NCBI GenBank assembly: GCA_965226795.1
Contig: CBDDDZ010000002.1
Location: 224,001-288,000 of the forward strand
Length of the DNA stretch: 64,000 nt
Direction of reading: 5' to 3'
DNA from: Candidatus Latescibacterota bacterium
GTDB taxonomy: Bacteria; Latescibacterota; UBA2968; GCA-2709665
Shown: positions 19,182-29,423 of the stretch, piece by piece
Layout of the letters: every line of letters starts with the position of its first letter
Numbering within the stretch: position 1 is the first letter of the stretch
Translations under genes and position numbers: made by a program
Notes under the pieces: generated by a model
The model's input: only the letters and a program-made list of their open reading frames with translations
Told to the model about the DNA's origin: nothing
The model's database searches: none

Positions 19182-19739
19182 TCAGTCCAACAGACCCTGT
19201 CTCTTGATCTCTTTCTGCAATTTTTCTCGCGCCCGGTGAAGCCGGGACTTTACCGTGCCTTCGGGAATGTCGAGAATCTCAGCAATTTCACCGCAGGCGA
19301 GTTCGTCCAGATAGGTCAATACCACAACCTCGTGAAGTTTTCTCGGCAACCGGTCAATCGTCGCCCGCAGGCGTATCCGCACGTCCCGTTTCGCAACCTC
19401 GACATCGGGCGCGTCCGTCCGCGCCGAAGCCAGGCTCCCGAACCATGAGGGCGGTGTCAGGCGCTCCAGGAGCCGCCGTCGCCGCCGCCGCGCGTTCAGT
19501 GCGGTTCGAACCACAATCCGGTACAACCAGGCCTGAAAGGGAACCTGACCGGAAAACGAACCCAGGCCCCTGTAAGCGCGGACGAACGCGTCCTGAGCGG
19601 CCTCCTCCGCTTCCTCCCGTCTGCCCAGAACCGATAGCGCAACGCGGAAGACAAAGTCCTGGTGGGGTTCAATCAACCTCCGGAACGCGTCCCGATTTCC
19701 CGAAAGACACTGCTGGATCAGGTCCCGTTCCTGAAGCAT
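19182..19739 (-). CDS. ECF RNA polymerase sigma factor
   Basis: AEEAAQDAFVRAY, FQAWLYRI, EIAEILDIPEGTVKSRLHRAR; GGAG RBS before ATG at 19739. Confidence 0.95.
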   Translation of the reverse strand: MLQERDLIQQCLSGNRDAFRRLIEPHQDFVFRVALSVLGRREEAEEAAQDAFVRAYRGLGSFSGQVPFQAWLYRIVVRTALNARRRRRRLLERLTPPSWFGSLASARTDAPDVEVAKRDVRIRLRATIDRLPRKLHEVVVLTYLDELACGEIAEILDIPEGTVKSRLHRAREKLQKEIKRQGLLD

Positions 19740-19866
19740 GGTGAACTCCGGCGTCTTGGCGTGCAGATGAAACGCTATCGGAATTTGCATTATGTGATCT
19801 ACGGATAACACTCTATTTCCCAAACACCGCGATAAGTGGCGCTGCATATCCTTTCTCACATCCTGC

Positions 19867-19894
19867 AAGACACGCCTTCTGTTGAACCGGTTCA
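19867..19894 (-). promoter_or_regulatory. Putative autoregulatory ECF promoter
   Basis: Minus strand TGAACC-N17-GTCTT upstream of the sigma gene. Confidence 0.5.
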
Positions 19895-20107
19895 GTAAAA
19901 ATTCGCCAGTTCTCCCCAAAAAGCAACATTTATTGCGGGGAACCGAAACGCAGGCGCGTCGATTATGCCCGCCGGGTGGCCTCTCGTCGCCCGCTGCCCA
20001 ATAAACCCTTGACGCGTCCTGTCCATGTCACTACTTTTTTGGGGTGACGGCGCAAAAAACGAGGGTCCCGCCCTGCCCTCTTCACCAACTTCACGGAGAA
20101 TTGAACT

Positions 20108-21478
20108 ATGCCGGACCCGAAATATCTCCTGGACGACCGGAAAATGCAGGAATTCATCGCCAATGGATTCACAACGATTAAGGTCAATCTCCCGCCTGAG
20201 TTCCATGAAGAAATCTACAGGAAGACCGACGAAGTCTTCGAAAAGGAAGGGAACCCGGGAAACAATGTCCTGCCGCGCGTTCCCGAAATCCAGACCGTTT
20301 TCGACCAGCCCGAAGTCCGCGGCGCCTTCACCTCCATCCTCGGGCCCGACCATACCATGCACACCCACCGCCATTGCCATTTCAACAAACCCAACGGGCC
20401 CGGCGGCGGCTGGCACAAGGACAGCTATTGGGGCTACTATAAGCTGCGTTACCACCGCAACCGGTGGGCGATGGCCTTCTATTATCCCCAGGACGTGGAA
20501 CTAATAAACGGCCCGACCGGCGTCATTCCCCACACGCACTGCTATATGGACCGTCTGAAGAATCCGGACGAGGCCGGTGTTTCCGTGTGCGGCGAAGCCG
20601 GAACGATCGCGATCGTCCACTTCGACATCTGGCATCGAGCCATGCCGAACCAGGTCGACAAGAGACGGTATATGATGAAATTCCAGTTTACACGTATGTC
20701 CGAGCCCACGCAGCCGGCGTGGAATCATAACGACGGCGCCTGGAGCAACGCGGACGTTGGAAACAGACACCCATTTGTCTGGAACAGCATCTGGGACTGG
20801 TCGCGAGGGTTGAACGCCAACGGCCACGCGGGTAACGTGGATGCGCTTTCGCGGGCCCTCCAGGATGGCGACGAAACCGCCCGGCTCAACGCGGCGTACG
20901 AACTGGCCGCAACCGGAGAACCGGCTGTTGGTCCGCTTGTTCGCGCCCTTCAGTCGGGCGACGACAGCGTGAAACTCAACGCCGCATACGGGTTGGCCGC
21001 CGTGGGTGAGCCCGCCGTCCCCGAACTCGTCGGCGCGCTCGGACACGATGATGAAAAGGTCCGTGGCCACGCCGCCTTCGCGCTGGGCGACGCCGGTCCA
21101 GCGGCATCCGAGTCGGTACCCGCACTCGCGAAAACGTTGGACGATCCGTCCGAATGGGTTCGCCACCACGCGGCCGAAGCCCTGGGCACCATTGCCAGCA
21201 ACCCGGACGAGGCCGTGCCCGCATTGGCGAATGCCCTGAAGGACGACGACGGCCAGGTTCGTTATACCTCGGCGTATTCCCTGGCGCGTATCGGAGCGGA
21301 CGCCGAATCCGCCATCCCGGCCCTCAGAGAAGCCCTGCAGGACGAGAATCGCTACGCCTCGGGGCACGCGGCGGTGGCGCTTCAGCACATCGGCACGCCC
21401 GAATCGCTCAATGTCCTGTTGGACCATCTCAGCACGGCCCGGTGGTGTCCTATAACGACACGGGAAGACCTGTATTAG
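20108..21478 (+). CDS. PhyH-family dioxygenase fused to HEAT (PBS lyase-like) repeats
   Basis: WHKD, GPT.VIP, HFDIWHR; C-terminal L..D....VR..AA.ALG repeats. Confidence 0.88.
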   Translation: MPDPKYLLDDRKMQEFIANGFTTIKVNLPPEFHEEIYRKTDEVFEKEGNPGNNVLPRVPEIQTVFDQPEVRGAFTSILGPDHTMHTHRHCHFNKPNGPGGGWHKDSYWGYYKLRYHRNRWAMAFYYPQDVELINGPTGVIPHTHCYMDRLKNPDEAGVSVCGEAGTIAIVHFDIWHRAMPNQVDKRRYMMKFQFTRMSEPTQPAWNHNDGAWSNADVGNRHPFVWNSIWDWSRGLNANGHAGNVDALSRALQDGDETARLNAAYELAATGEPAVGPLVRALQSGDDSVKLNAAYGLAAVGEPAVPELVGALGHDDEKVRGHAAFALGDAGPAASESVPALAKTLDDPSEWVRHHAAEALGTIASNPDEAVPALANALKDDDGQVRYTSAYSLARIGADAESAIPALREALQDENRYASGHAAVALQHIGTPESLNVLLDHLSTARWCPITTREDLY

Positions 21479-21597
21479 GCTGAACAACCAGCGGCGGGGC
21501 TAAGGCACGACAAATAGTCGGGTAAAGCCGATCGATGGGTTGTGTTCCGGGCCTGCGAGGTCATTTTCTTCTCTCTTTATTTAATTTTCCTTTTTTC

Positions 21598-21830
21598 TGT
21601 CCTTTTTCTTGTACGCCCAAGAAAAAGGACCAAAAAGAACGGCGCCTGCCTGCCGAGCACGGCTCGGCGCAGGCAGGCCGTTCGGCACGGGGCCGGTTTT
21701 TCCGAAAATCGTCTCAGATGAATAAGAGGAAATTGGGTGTCCTGCGGGTCCCTCAGGTGTACCAGAACCATAGCAGGGGACGGATCAACGTGGAAAAACC
21801 CCCTTCTCCACAACCGGTCGCAGGTGCGAT
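21598..21830 (+). repeat. Structured intergenic module, copy A
   Basis: CCTTTTTCTT/AAGAAAAAGG hairpin, GC box, GGTTTTTCC...GGAAAAACC arms around an 82-nt core. Confidence 0.85.
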
Positions 21831-22154
21831 TAAACACATTAGAGGGCGATAGAAATCCCTACTCCCCCACCGGGCGGTCGTGTGGTAGACCGCGAAGGAC
21901 CGATGTGTGGATTTGGGCTTGGACCGCGTTTTTCCGATTGCTGTTGTCGCATTTTGCGACACCCGGAAGCAAGGGCGTCGTGCCCGTGCAAACGTTGTGC
22001 CGTATAGCAACGGGTTTTCGCTGGTTTTAGGCTGACTGCTGTACGCTGATCGCTGAAAACTGACGGCTTCTTACGTCTCCCGTCTCCCTACTCACCCGGT
22101 GGCCACGGGGTGGAAGGGCGGTCTGTTTCCCGGGGGTGGATGCGTGAGGTGTTT

Positions 22155-23282
22155 ATGACGACGACCTTATACAGAACGATCACCTTTCTTGCAGTGCTGA
22201 TTCTTGTGGCCGCATGCGGAGGGAAGGAACAACCCGCCGCCCCAGAGCCGCCGCCTGCCGAGACGACGGGTGGCAACATCCAGCAGAACAGACCCCTGCT
22301 TTCGGACGACAAGTTCGGTGCCGACTCGAATCCTACGGGCAATCCCATCGGAGGTGGAGACGGATACAATCAACGGGTCGAGGAGTACGACTATTTCGTT
22401 ACGAACCGCACGGAACTCCTGAACGCGCTCAAGCAGGCGACCGGGGGCCAGGTGGTCTATCTGGCGGACACTGCCAGGGTGGACCTTACAGGCGACCGGA
22501 ACATAGAGATCCGCGCGGGCGTCACGCTGGCCAGCGGGCGGGGCAAGCCCGATTCCGAGGGTGGCCTGGTCTATTCCAAGGAACTGGAGACGATTCCACT
22601 CTTTCTCGTCACTGGTCCCGACGTTCGCGTTACCGGGCTCAGGCTGGAGGGCCCGGACACGATGAGACGCACCGAGCAGATGAAGCAACTCCTGTCGGAA
22701 GGCCGGCAATTCAGTATCCCCAACTCCCGGGGCATTCAGACCGCACATCCCAGGCTCGAAGTGGACAACTGCGAACTCTGGGGTTGGACCCACGCCGCCA
22801 TTTTCCTCCGGGCGAATTCAACGGACAACCACGTCCACCATAACTATTTCCACCACAACCAGCGCCACCATATGGGCTACGGCGTGAATTTGGACCGGTC
22901 GGAAGCGCTGATTGAAGCCAACCTGTTCGACTGGTGCCGGCACCATATCGCCGGTACGGGCAGGCCAGGCACGAGCTACGAAGCCCGCTACAACCTGGTT
23001 CTCGAAAACGCCAACAGCCACAGTTTTGACATGCACGGCGGCCGGGACCGGGATGACGGAACGGATATCGCCGGCGACGTCATTCTCATTCATCACAACA
23101 CGTTTCTGGCTATCGACGTGGAGGCCGTCGTCATCCGGGGGATTCCCCAGGAAGCCTGTGAGATTTACAACAACTGGTTTATCCATTGGCTCCCGGCTAC
23201 CGCTGTCAGACAGGCATACGCCACGGGTAATCTACGGCTCTATTCAAACCAGTACACGCACAACCGGCTCGTCAAGGACTGA
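22155..23282 (+). CDS. Lipoprotein with right-handed beta-helix (pectin lyase-like), copy 1
   Basis: GAGGT RBS; lipobox LVAAC; repeated HHNYFHHN, IEANLF, IHHNTF strands. Confidence 0.85.
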   Translation: MTTTLYRTITFLAVLILVAACGGKEQPAAPEPPPAETTGGNIQQNRPLLSDDKFGADSNPTGNPIGGGDGYNQRVEEYDYFVTNRTELLNALKQATGGQVVYLADTARVDLTGDRNIEIRAGVTLASGRGKPDSEGGLVYSKELETIPLFLVTGPDVRVTGLRLEGPDTMRRTEQMKQLLSEGRQFSIPNSRGIQTAHPRLEVDNCELWGWTHAAIFLRANSTDNHVHHNYFHHNQRHHMGYGVNLDRSEALIEANLFDWCRHHIAGTGRPGTSYEARYNLVLENANSHSFDMHGGRDRDDGTDIAGDVILIHHNTFLAIDVEAVVIRGIPQEACEIYNNWFIHWLPATAVRQAYATGNLRLYSNQYTHNRLVKD

Positions 23283-23473
23283 GAAAAAAGCGATAGACGA
23301 TATCTTGAAGAGATACGCGATGGTCCGCGGCAAGATTGGCGGATGTCGAATCGTTGGACCGTATCGTTAACCGGTCTTGGCTGACAGCTAATTGCTGATA
23401 GCTGTTTTTCCTGACTGCTGAAACCTGTTCACTGACCGCTTCTTGCCGGGAATGATTGGACGGTGTTTAGAAA

Positions 23474-24601
23474 ATGACAACGACGTTGTACAGAAAGCTG
23501 ATGTGTCTCGCCGCTTTATTTCTGATGGCGGCATGCGGCGGGAAAGACAAATCCGCCGCGCCGGAGACGCCGGACGGCGGTTCGGGAAATGGCAACACCC
23601 AGCAGAACAGACCCCTGCTTTCGGACGACAAGTTCGGCGCCGACTCGAACCCCACGGGCAATCCCATCGGCGGCGGAGATGGGTACGATCGGCTTGTCGA
23701 TCGACACGACTACATGGTTACGAACCGGACGGAACTACTGGACGCGCTCGAACGGGCGGGCGCGGGCGAGGTCGTCTATCTCGCCGACACCGCGAGGGTG
23801 GATCTGACGGGCGACCGGAACATCGAGATCCGCGCGGGCGTCACGCTGGCCAGCGGGCGGGGCAAGCCCGATTCGGATGGGGGCCTCGTTTATTCCAAAC
23901 AACTGGAGACCCTTCCGCTCTTCCTCGTTACCGGGGCCGACGTACGCGTGACCGGCCTCAGGCTGGAGGGCCCGGACACCATGAGGCGCACCGAGCAGAT
24001 GAAGGAGCTCCTTGCAGTCGGGGAGTATTACAGCATTCCCAACTCCCGGGGCATTCAGACCGTACATCCCAGGCTCGAAGTGGACAACTGTGAACTCTGG
24101 GGCTGGAGTCACGGCGCGATTTTCCTCCGGGCCAATTCAACGGACAACCACATCCACCACAACTATTTCCACCACAACCAGCGCCATGGCCTGGGTTACG
24201 GCGTGGTTATGGACCGATCCGAGGCCCTCATCGAGGCCAACCTGTTCGACTGGGGCCGGCACCATATTGCCGGCACGGGCAGGCCCGGCACGAGTTACGA
24301 AGCCCGCTACAACCTGGTTCTGGAAAACGCCAACAGCCACAGTTTCGACATGCACGGCGGAAGGGACCGGGACGACGGAACAGACATCGCCGGCGGCCTC
24401 ATTCTCATTCATCACAATACGTTCATGGCCGTCGACGTGGAAGCCGTGACAATCCGGGGCATACCCCAGGATATCTGTGACATCTACAATAACTGGTTTA
24501 TCCACTGGCTCCCGGCTACCGCAATCAGACAGGCCTACGCCACGGGAAACTTGCGTCACTACTCAAATCAGTATACACATAATCGAGTCGTAAAGGACTG
24601 A
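23474..24601 (+). CDS. Lipoprotein with right-handed beta-helix, copy 2 (tandem paralogue)
   Basis: Lipobox LMAAC; nearly collinear with copy 1. Confidence 0.85.
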   Translation: MTTTLYRKLMCLAALFLMAACGGKDKSAAPETPDGGSGNGNTQQNRPLLSDDKFGADSNPTGNPIGGGDGYDRLVDRHDYMVTNRTELLDALERAGAGEVVYLADTARVDLTGDRNIEIRAGVTLASGRGKPDSDGGLVYSKQLETLPLFLVTGADVRVTGLRLEGPDTMRRTEQMKELLAVGEYYSIPNSRGIQTVHPRLEVDNCELWGWSHGAIFLRANSTDNHIHHNYFHHNQRHGLGYGVVMDRSEALIEANLFDWGRHHIAGTGRPGTSYEARYNLVLENANSHSFDMHGGRDRDDGTDIAGGLILIHHNTFMAVDVEAVTIRGIPQDICDIYNNWFIHWLPATAIRQAYATGNLRHYSNQYTHNRVVKD

Positions 24602-24636
24602 GCGAACAGCGCATTGTCGCGAGAGGAGATCTGCGG

Positions 24637-25089
24637 ATGGCGAAACGGTGGAAGGTGTATTTGTCCGGCGAAATCCACAGTGACTGGCGGGACCGGATCG
24701 TCAGCGCGGCGGTGGAAAAGGAACTTCCGGTCTCCTTTACGGCGCCTGTTACCGATCACGCCGCGAGCGACAACTGCGGCGTGGATATCCTCGGCCCCGA
24801 AGCGTCCGGGTTCTGGAAGGATCACAAGGGCGCGAAGATCAATGCCATCCGGACCCGCACGCTTATCAGCGATGCCGACGTCGTGGTGGTGCGCTTCGGA
24901 GGCACATATCGGCAGTGGAACGCGGCGTTCGACGCCGGTTTCGCCGCGGCGCTGGGCAAGCCGATCGTCGTGATGCACGACGCCGACATCGCCCACGCGC
25001 TCAAGGAAGTCGACTCGGCGGCGATGGCGGTGGCACAGACGCCCGAACAGGTAGCGGACGTTCTCGGGTACGTGACCCGGGAAACGTGA
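24637..25089 (+). CDS. YtoQ family protein (nucleoside deoxyribosyltransferase-like)
   Basis: VYLSGEIHSDWR, DHAASD, YRQWNAAFDAG, HALKE motifs. Confidence 0.85.
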   Translation: MAKRWKVYLSGEIHSDWRDRIVSAAVEKELPVSFTAPVTDHAASDNCGVDILGPEASGFWKDHKGAKINAIRTRTLISDADVVVVRFGGTYRQWNAAFDAGFAAALGKPIVVMHDADIAHALKEVDSAAMAVAQTPEQVADVLGYVTRET

Positions 25090-25440
25090 ATTGCACGTTA
25101 CCCGTCTGACAGATGTGTCGAAAATAACCGGCAAATGGGCGGCGAATGCCCACAGGTTCCACACGTGCAAGTGGTGCCGTGTCGACCGTACCCGGGAATG
25201 CACCGCCGTATCGCAAGCGCGTATTTCCCCCAACGTGTCCGGTACGGCTGAACAAAAAACATCTTGAAAGATGAACAAAGATGCACTATATTATGGTGCT
25301 TTCTTTCCCCTTTATTTCCCCGCAATTAGGTTCGTTTTGAGCCCCGTTTCGTCCTGATCCCACGTCAGGTCCGTCTGTCTCCCCGCCTGTACTGTCGCCG
25401 CGCCGGGTGGCGCGTTCTAGCGACCCCGAAAAGGTGTACT

Positions 25441-27342
25441 ATGCCCGAAACCAAACCGACAATCAGGAAATCGAGTCAGCTCTCGCTATCCATTAACGGG
25501 AAACCCGCGCCCACCCCGAGGTCGTCCGGCAAGCGCAACAATGGCGCATCGCCAGAACACGGGTACGATGAGTCCAAAGTCAAGACGCTGAGTTCACTGG
25601 AACACATTCGCCTCCGAACCGGCATGTACATCGGCCGTCTGGGCGATGGATCCAATCCGGATGATGGCATCTACGTCCTGCTCAAGGAAGTCATCGACAA
25701 TGCTGTAGATGAATTTATTATGGGTTACGGAAAAAAGATTGACGTCAGCATCGAAAACAACCGGGTCCGGGTTCGAGACTACGGCCGCGGCATTCCCCTC
25801 GGCAAAGTCATCGACTGCGTTTCCACCATCAATACCGGCGCTAAATACAACGACGATGTCTTCCAGTTCAGCGTGGGCCTCAACGGCGTGGGAACGAAGG
25901 CCGTCAACGCCCTCTCTTCAGATTTCAGGGCGGTTGCCTTTCGTGACGGAAATTACTTCGCAGCGCATTTTGAACGAGGGCGTCTCAAAGGGAAAAAGGA
26001 GGGTCGGAAGCCCGGCGAACCCGACGGATCCTATTTCGAGTTTCTGCCGGATGTAAAGATTTTCGGAGAAGACTTCGCGTTCAATTTCGACTATGTCAAA
26101 CAGCGGATGTGGAACTACGCCTGCCTGAACAGCGGGCTTTCGCTGGTTTTCAACAAGGAGCGCTTTGTATCCAGAAACGGACTGCTGGACTTCCTCACCC
26201 GCGAAGTCGGCGAGTCGGCTCTGTATGAACCGCTTTATTACAAATCTCAATACCTCGAGTTTGCCTTTACCCACACGGTCAGCTATGGCGAAACGCACTT
26301 CTCGTTCGTCAACGGCCAATACACCAGCGACGGCGGGGCCCACCAGAGCGCCTTCCGCGAGGGCATCCTCAAGGGCGTGAATGAGTTCTACAAGAAGAAC
26401 TTCAACGGTATCGACGTGCGGGAGAGCATCTCGGGCGCCGTGGCCGTCAAACTCAAGGCCCCTGTCTTCGAGTCCCAGACCAAGAACAAACTGGGGAATA
26501 CGGATATCCGGGGGTGGATTGTCACGGACGTCAAGAGCGCCGTGGTCGACCTCCTCCACAAGAACCAGACCGCGGCCCGGCGCCTGTCCGAGAAAATCGC
26601 CCAAAACGAACGGTTGCGAAAGGAACTCAACGCCGTCAAGAAAGAGGCCAAGGAGGCCGCACGGAAAATCGCAATCAAGATTCCGCATTTCAAAGACTGC
26701 AAATACCACCTGGACCACAAGAAACACGGCGAAGACTCAACCATCTTCATCACCGAAGGCCCATCCGCGGCTGGCTCCATGGTCGCCTCGCGCGACGTCT
26801 ACACCCAGGCGATCTTCGGCCTCAAGGGCGTTCCTCTGAACGTATTCGGCAAGAACAAGGCAGCGGTGTACAAGAACGAGGAACTGTTTAACCTCATGAT
26901 GGCGCTCGGCATCGAAGACGGCATCGAAAATCTGCGTTTCAACAAAATCGTTATCGCCACCGATGCGGACCATGACGGCTACCATATCCGGTACCTGCTC
27001 CTCACGTATTTCCTGAACTACTTCGAGGAACTGGTGCTGGCCGGCCATCTTTATATTCTTGAAACCCCGCTTTTCCGCGTGCGAAACAGCAAGGTCACCC
27101 GCTACTGCTACAACAATCGGGAGCGCGACAGTGCCCTGGAGGATATCAAAAATCCCGAAATCACCCGCTTCAAAGGCCTCGGGGAGATCTCGCCCAAAGA
27201 ATTCGGGCAGTTCATCGGCGACGATATTCGACTGGTCAAAGTCAATATCAGGTCCATCTCCGAAATCGCCGATATGCTCAGTTTTTACATGGGCAAGAAC
27301 ACCCCGGAACGCAGGGACTACATTATCGAAAATCTGATCTGA
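25441..27342 (+). CDS. parE: Type IIA topoisomerase subunit B (topoisomerase IV ParE-like)
   Basis: EHIRLRTGMYIG, EVIDNAVDE, GLNGVG, FESQTK, TEG.SA, ATDADHDG, RFKGLGE. Confidence 0.88.
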   Translation: MPETKPTIRKSSQLSLSINGKPAPTPRSSGKRNNGASPEHGYDESKVKTLSSLEHIRLRTGMYIGRLGDGSNPDDGIYVLLKEVIDNAVDEFIMGYGKKIDVSIENNRVRVRDYGRGIPLGKVIDCVSTINTGAKYNDDVFQFSVGLNGVGTKAVNALSSDFRAVAFRDGNYFAAHFERGRLKGKKEGRKPGEPDGSYFEFLPDVKIFGEDFAFNFDYVKQRMWNYACLNSGLSLVFNKERFVSRNGLLDFLTREVGESALYEPLYYKSQYLEFAFTHTVSYGETHFSFVNGQYTSDGGAHQSAFREGILKGVNEFYKKNFNGIDVRESISGAVAVKLKAPVFESQTKNKLGNTDIRGWIVTDVKSAVVDLLHKNQTAARRLSEKIAQNERLRKELNAVKKEAKEAARKIAIKIPHFKDCKYHLDHKKHGEDSTIFITEGPSAAGSMVASRDVYTQAIFGLKGVPLNVFGKNKAAVYKNEELFNLMMALGIEDGIENLRFNKIVIATDADHDGYHIRYLLLTYFLNYFEELVLAGHLYILETPLFRVRNSKVTRYCYNNRERDSALEDIKNPEITRFKGLGEISPKEFGQFIGDDIRLVKVNIRSISEIADMLSFYMGKNTPERRDYIIENLI

Positions 27343-27451
27343 ACACCCCGTCGATCTCCTTCGCAAGGAATACAGTGGCCAGGAGAAAACCGCGGTCCCG
27401 TCTTTCCTTGGCCCCTGATCCCTTGATGTTGAACGGTGAAGAGGAGAAACC

Positions 27452-29341
27452 GTGGCATACGTCGACACCTTGTACGAAAAATATTATCTCGAGTTTGCGT
27501 CCTATTCCATCAAGAACCGGGCGATCCCCAACATCGACGACGGCTTCAAGCCGGTTCAGCGGCGCATTCTGCACGCCCTGTACGAGATGCACGACGGCAA
27601 GTACCACAAGGTCGCCAACGTCGTGGGCCAGACCATGCGGTACCATCCCCACGGCGACCTCTCAATCTTCGGCGCCCTCGTGAACCTGGCCAACAAGGAA
27701 TTGTTCATCGACAGGCAGGGCAATTTCGGCAACATCTTCACCGGCGACGAAGCCTCTGCCGCACGCTATATCGAATGCCGCCTCACGCCACTTGCAAGAG
27801 AGGTTGTCTTCAACCCCGAGATAACCGAATACGAAGACTCCTACGATGGTCGCAACCGTGAACCGATCGCATTTCCCGCCAAAATCCCGGTCCTGCTCGC
27901 CATTGGCTCAGAGGGCATTGCCGTCGGTATGACCACCCGCATTCTCCCGCACAACCTCATCGAACTGCTCGAAGCGCAGATTGCCTGCCTGCAGGGCAAA
28001 CCCTTCGGGGTCCAACCCGACTTTCCCACAGGGGGCCTGGTCGATGTTTCCGAATATAATGACGGCAACGGGAAGGTTCTCGCCCGCGCCAGACTGGACA
28101 CCAGAGATCCGAAACGCATCGTCGTGCGCGAACTACCCTACGGCACGACAACCGAAACCCTCATTGCCTCCATCGAAGACGCCACCAAAAAAGGCAAACT
28201 CAAAATCACGGGTATCAGCGATTATACGACCGATCAGGTGGAAATAGAAATCCAGCTCGCCCGCGGCGTGCATACCAAGGACACCGTTCACGCGCTGTAC
28301 GCATTTACGGACTGCGAAACGTCGATATCGACGAATCTGCTGGTCATACAGGACAACCGGCCGGAAATTACGTCCGTGACCGAAGTGATCGAATACAACA
28401 CCGGCCGCCTCGTGGAGATTCTCAGGACCGAACTCAAACTCGAGGAACGTCAGCTGACCGCGCGGCATCACGCTAAAACCCTTGAACAGGTCTTTATTGA
28501 AAATCGCGTTTACAAAAGCATCGAAGAGGAGACCACCTCCGAGCGTGTCTACCGTGCGGTGTTCGACGGGTTGAAACCCTACCAGGAGAGCATCAGGGGG
28601 GAAGTTTCACGGGAGGACGTGGAAAACCTGCTCAGAATCCCGATCAGGCGCATCTCGCTCTACGATATCAACAAAGCCGAGGCGGAAATGCAGGATATTC
28701 GCACGCGCCTCAGGGAGGTCCGTGCCGACCTGCGCGGCATGCAGGCGTTCGCCGTTGCGTTTCTCGAGGGCCTCATTGAGAAATATCGCAACGACCACCC
28801 CCGTAAAACCGAGATCACAAGCATCCAGAGAGTCGACGCTCGGGAGGCCGCCCAGCGCAATCTCAAGCTGCGATACGACAAGAATACAGGTTATCTGGGC
28901 CACCAGGTCAACGGCGGCGCCCTTTTCGACGTGTCGCCGTACGACCGCGTTCTGGTGATCCGAAAAACCGGCATGTACTCCGTTGTGGACGCCCCCGAAA
29001 AGCTCTTCGTGGATAGGGGCATGCTTTTCTGCGGTTTCGTGGACGAAGACCGCGTCTACAATCTTCTCTACAAGGAGAACGAAACCGGATATCTCTACAT
29101 AAAACGTTGCAAAATCGACAGATTCATCCTGAACCGGGGGTACGAATTGGCGCCCGAAGGCTGCCGAATCCTGAAACTCACCACCGACTCCGACCGTGCA
29201 ATCCGGGCCCACTTCAAACCCAAACCCCGGGTGAGAATCACAGAAGAGGAATTCGTCATCGCAGAATATCCCGTTCGCGGCAACAGGGCCAGGGGCATTC
29301 GTCTCGCCAACCGCGAAGTCCAGACCGTCAAGTTCATCTGA
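27452..29341 (+). CDS. parC: Type IIA topoisomerase subunit A (short ParC-like)
   Basis: DGFKPVQRR, YHPHGD, QGNFG, AARYIECRL (catalytic Tyr), GIAVGM, PDFPTGG; 629 aa, no canonical GyrA box seen. Confidence 0.88.
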   Translation: MAYVDTLYEKYYLEFASYSIKNRAIPNIDDGFKPVQRRILHALYEMHDGKYHKVANVVGQTMRYHPHGDLSIFGALVNLANKELFIDRQGNFGNIFTGDEASAARYIECRLTPLAREVVFNPEITEYEDSYDGRNREPIAFPAKIPVLLAIGSEGIAVGMTTRILPHNLIELLEAQIACLQGKPFGVQPDFPTGGLVDVSEYNDGNGKVLARARLDTRDPKRIVVRELPYGTTTETLIASIEDATKKGKLKITGISDYTTDQVEIEIQLARGVHTKDTVHALYAFTDCETSISTNLLVIQDNRPEITSVTEVIEYNTGRLVEILRTELKLEERQLTARHHAKTLEQVFIENRVYKSIEEETTSERVYRAVFDGLKPYQESIRGEVSREDVENLLRIPIRRISLYDINKAEAEMQDIRTRLREVRADLRGMQAFAVAFLEGLIEKYRNDHPRKTEITSIQRVDAREAAQRNLKLRYDKNTGYLGHQVNGGALFDVSPYDRVLVIRKTGMYSVVDAPEKLFVDRGMLFCGFVDEDRVYNLLYKENETGYLYIKRCKIDRFILNRGYELAPEGCRILKLTTDSDRAIRAHFKPKPRVRITEEEFVIAEYPVRGNRARGIRLANREVQTVKFI

Positions 29342-29423
29342 ACCCGATACCGGTGTCAAGACAGAAGCAGGATCGGACGCGCCTCCGTTTTTGTCTCCCG
29401 GCGTCACGGAAAAAGAGACCCAT

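Noticed and set aside
25441..29341. Canonical gyrB/gyrA call
   Set aside because: Subunit A is only 629 aa with no canonical GyrA box, which fits a ParC/ParE type better
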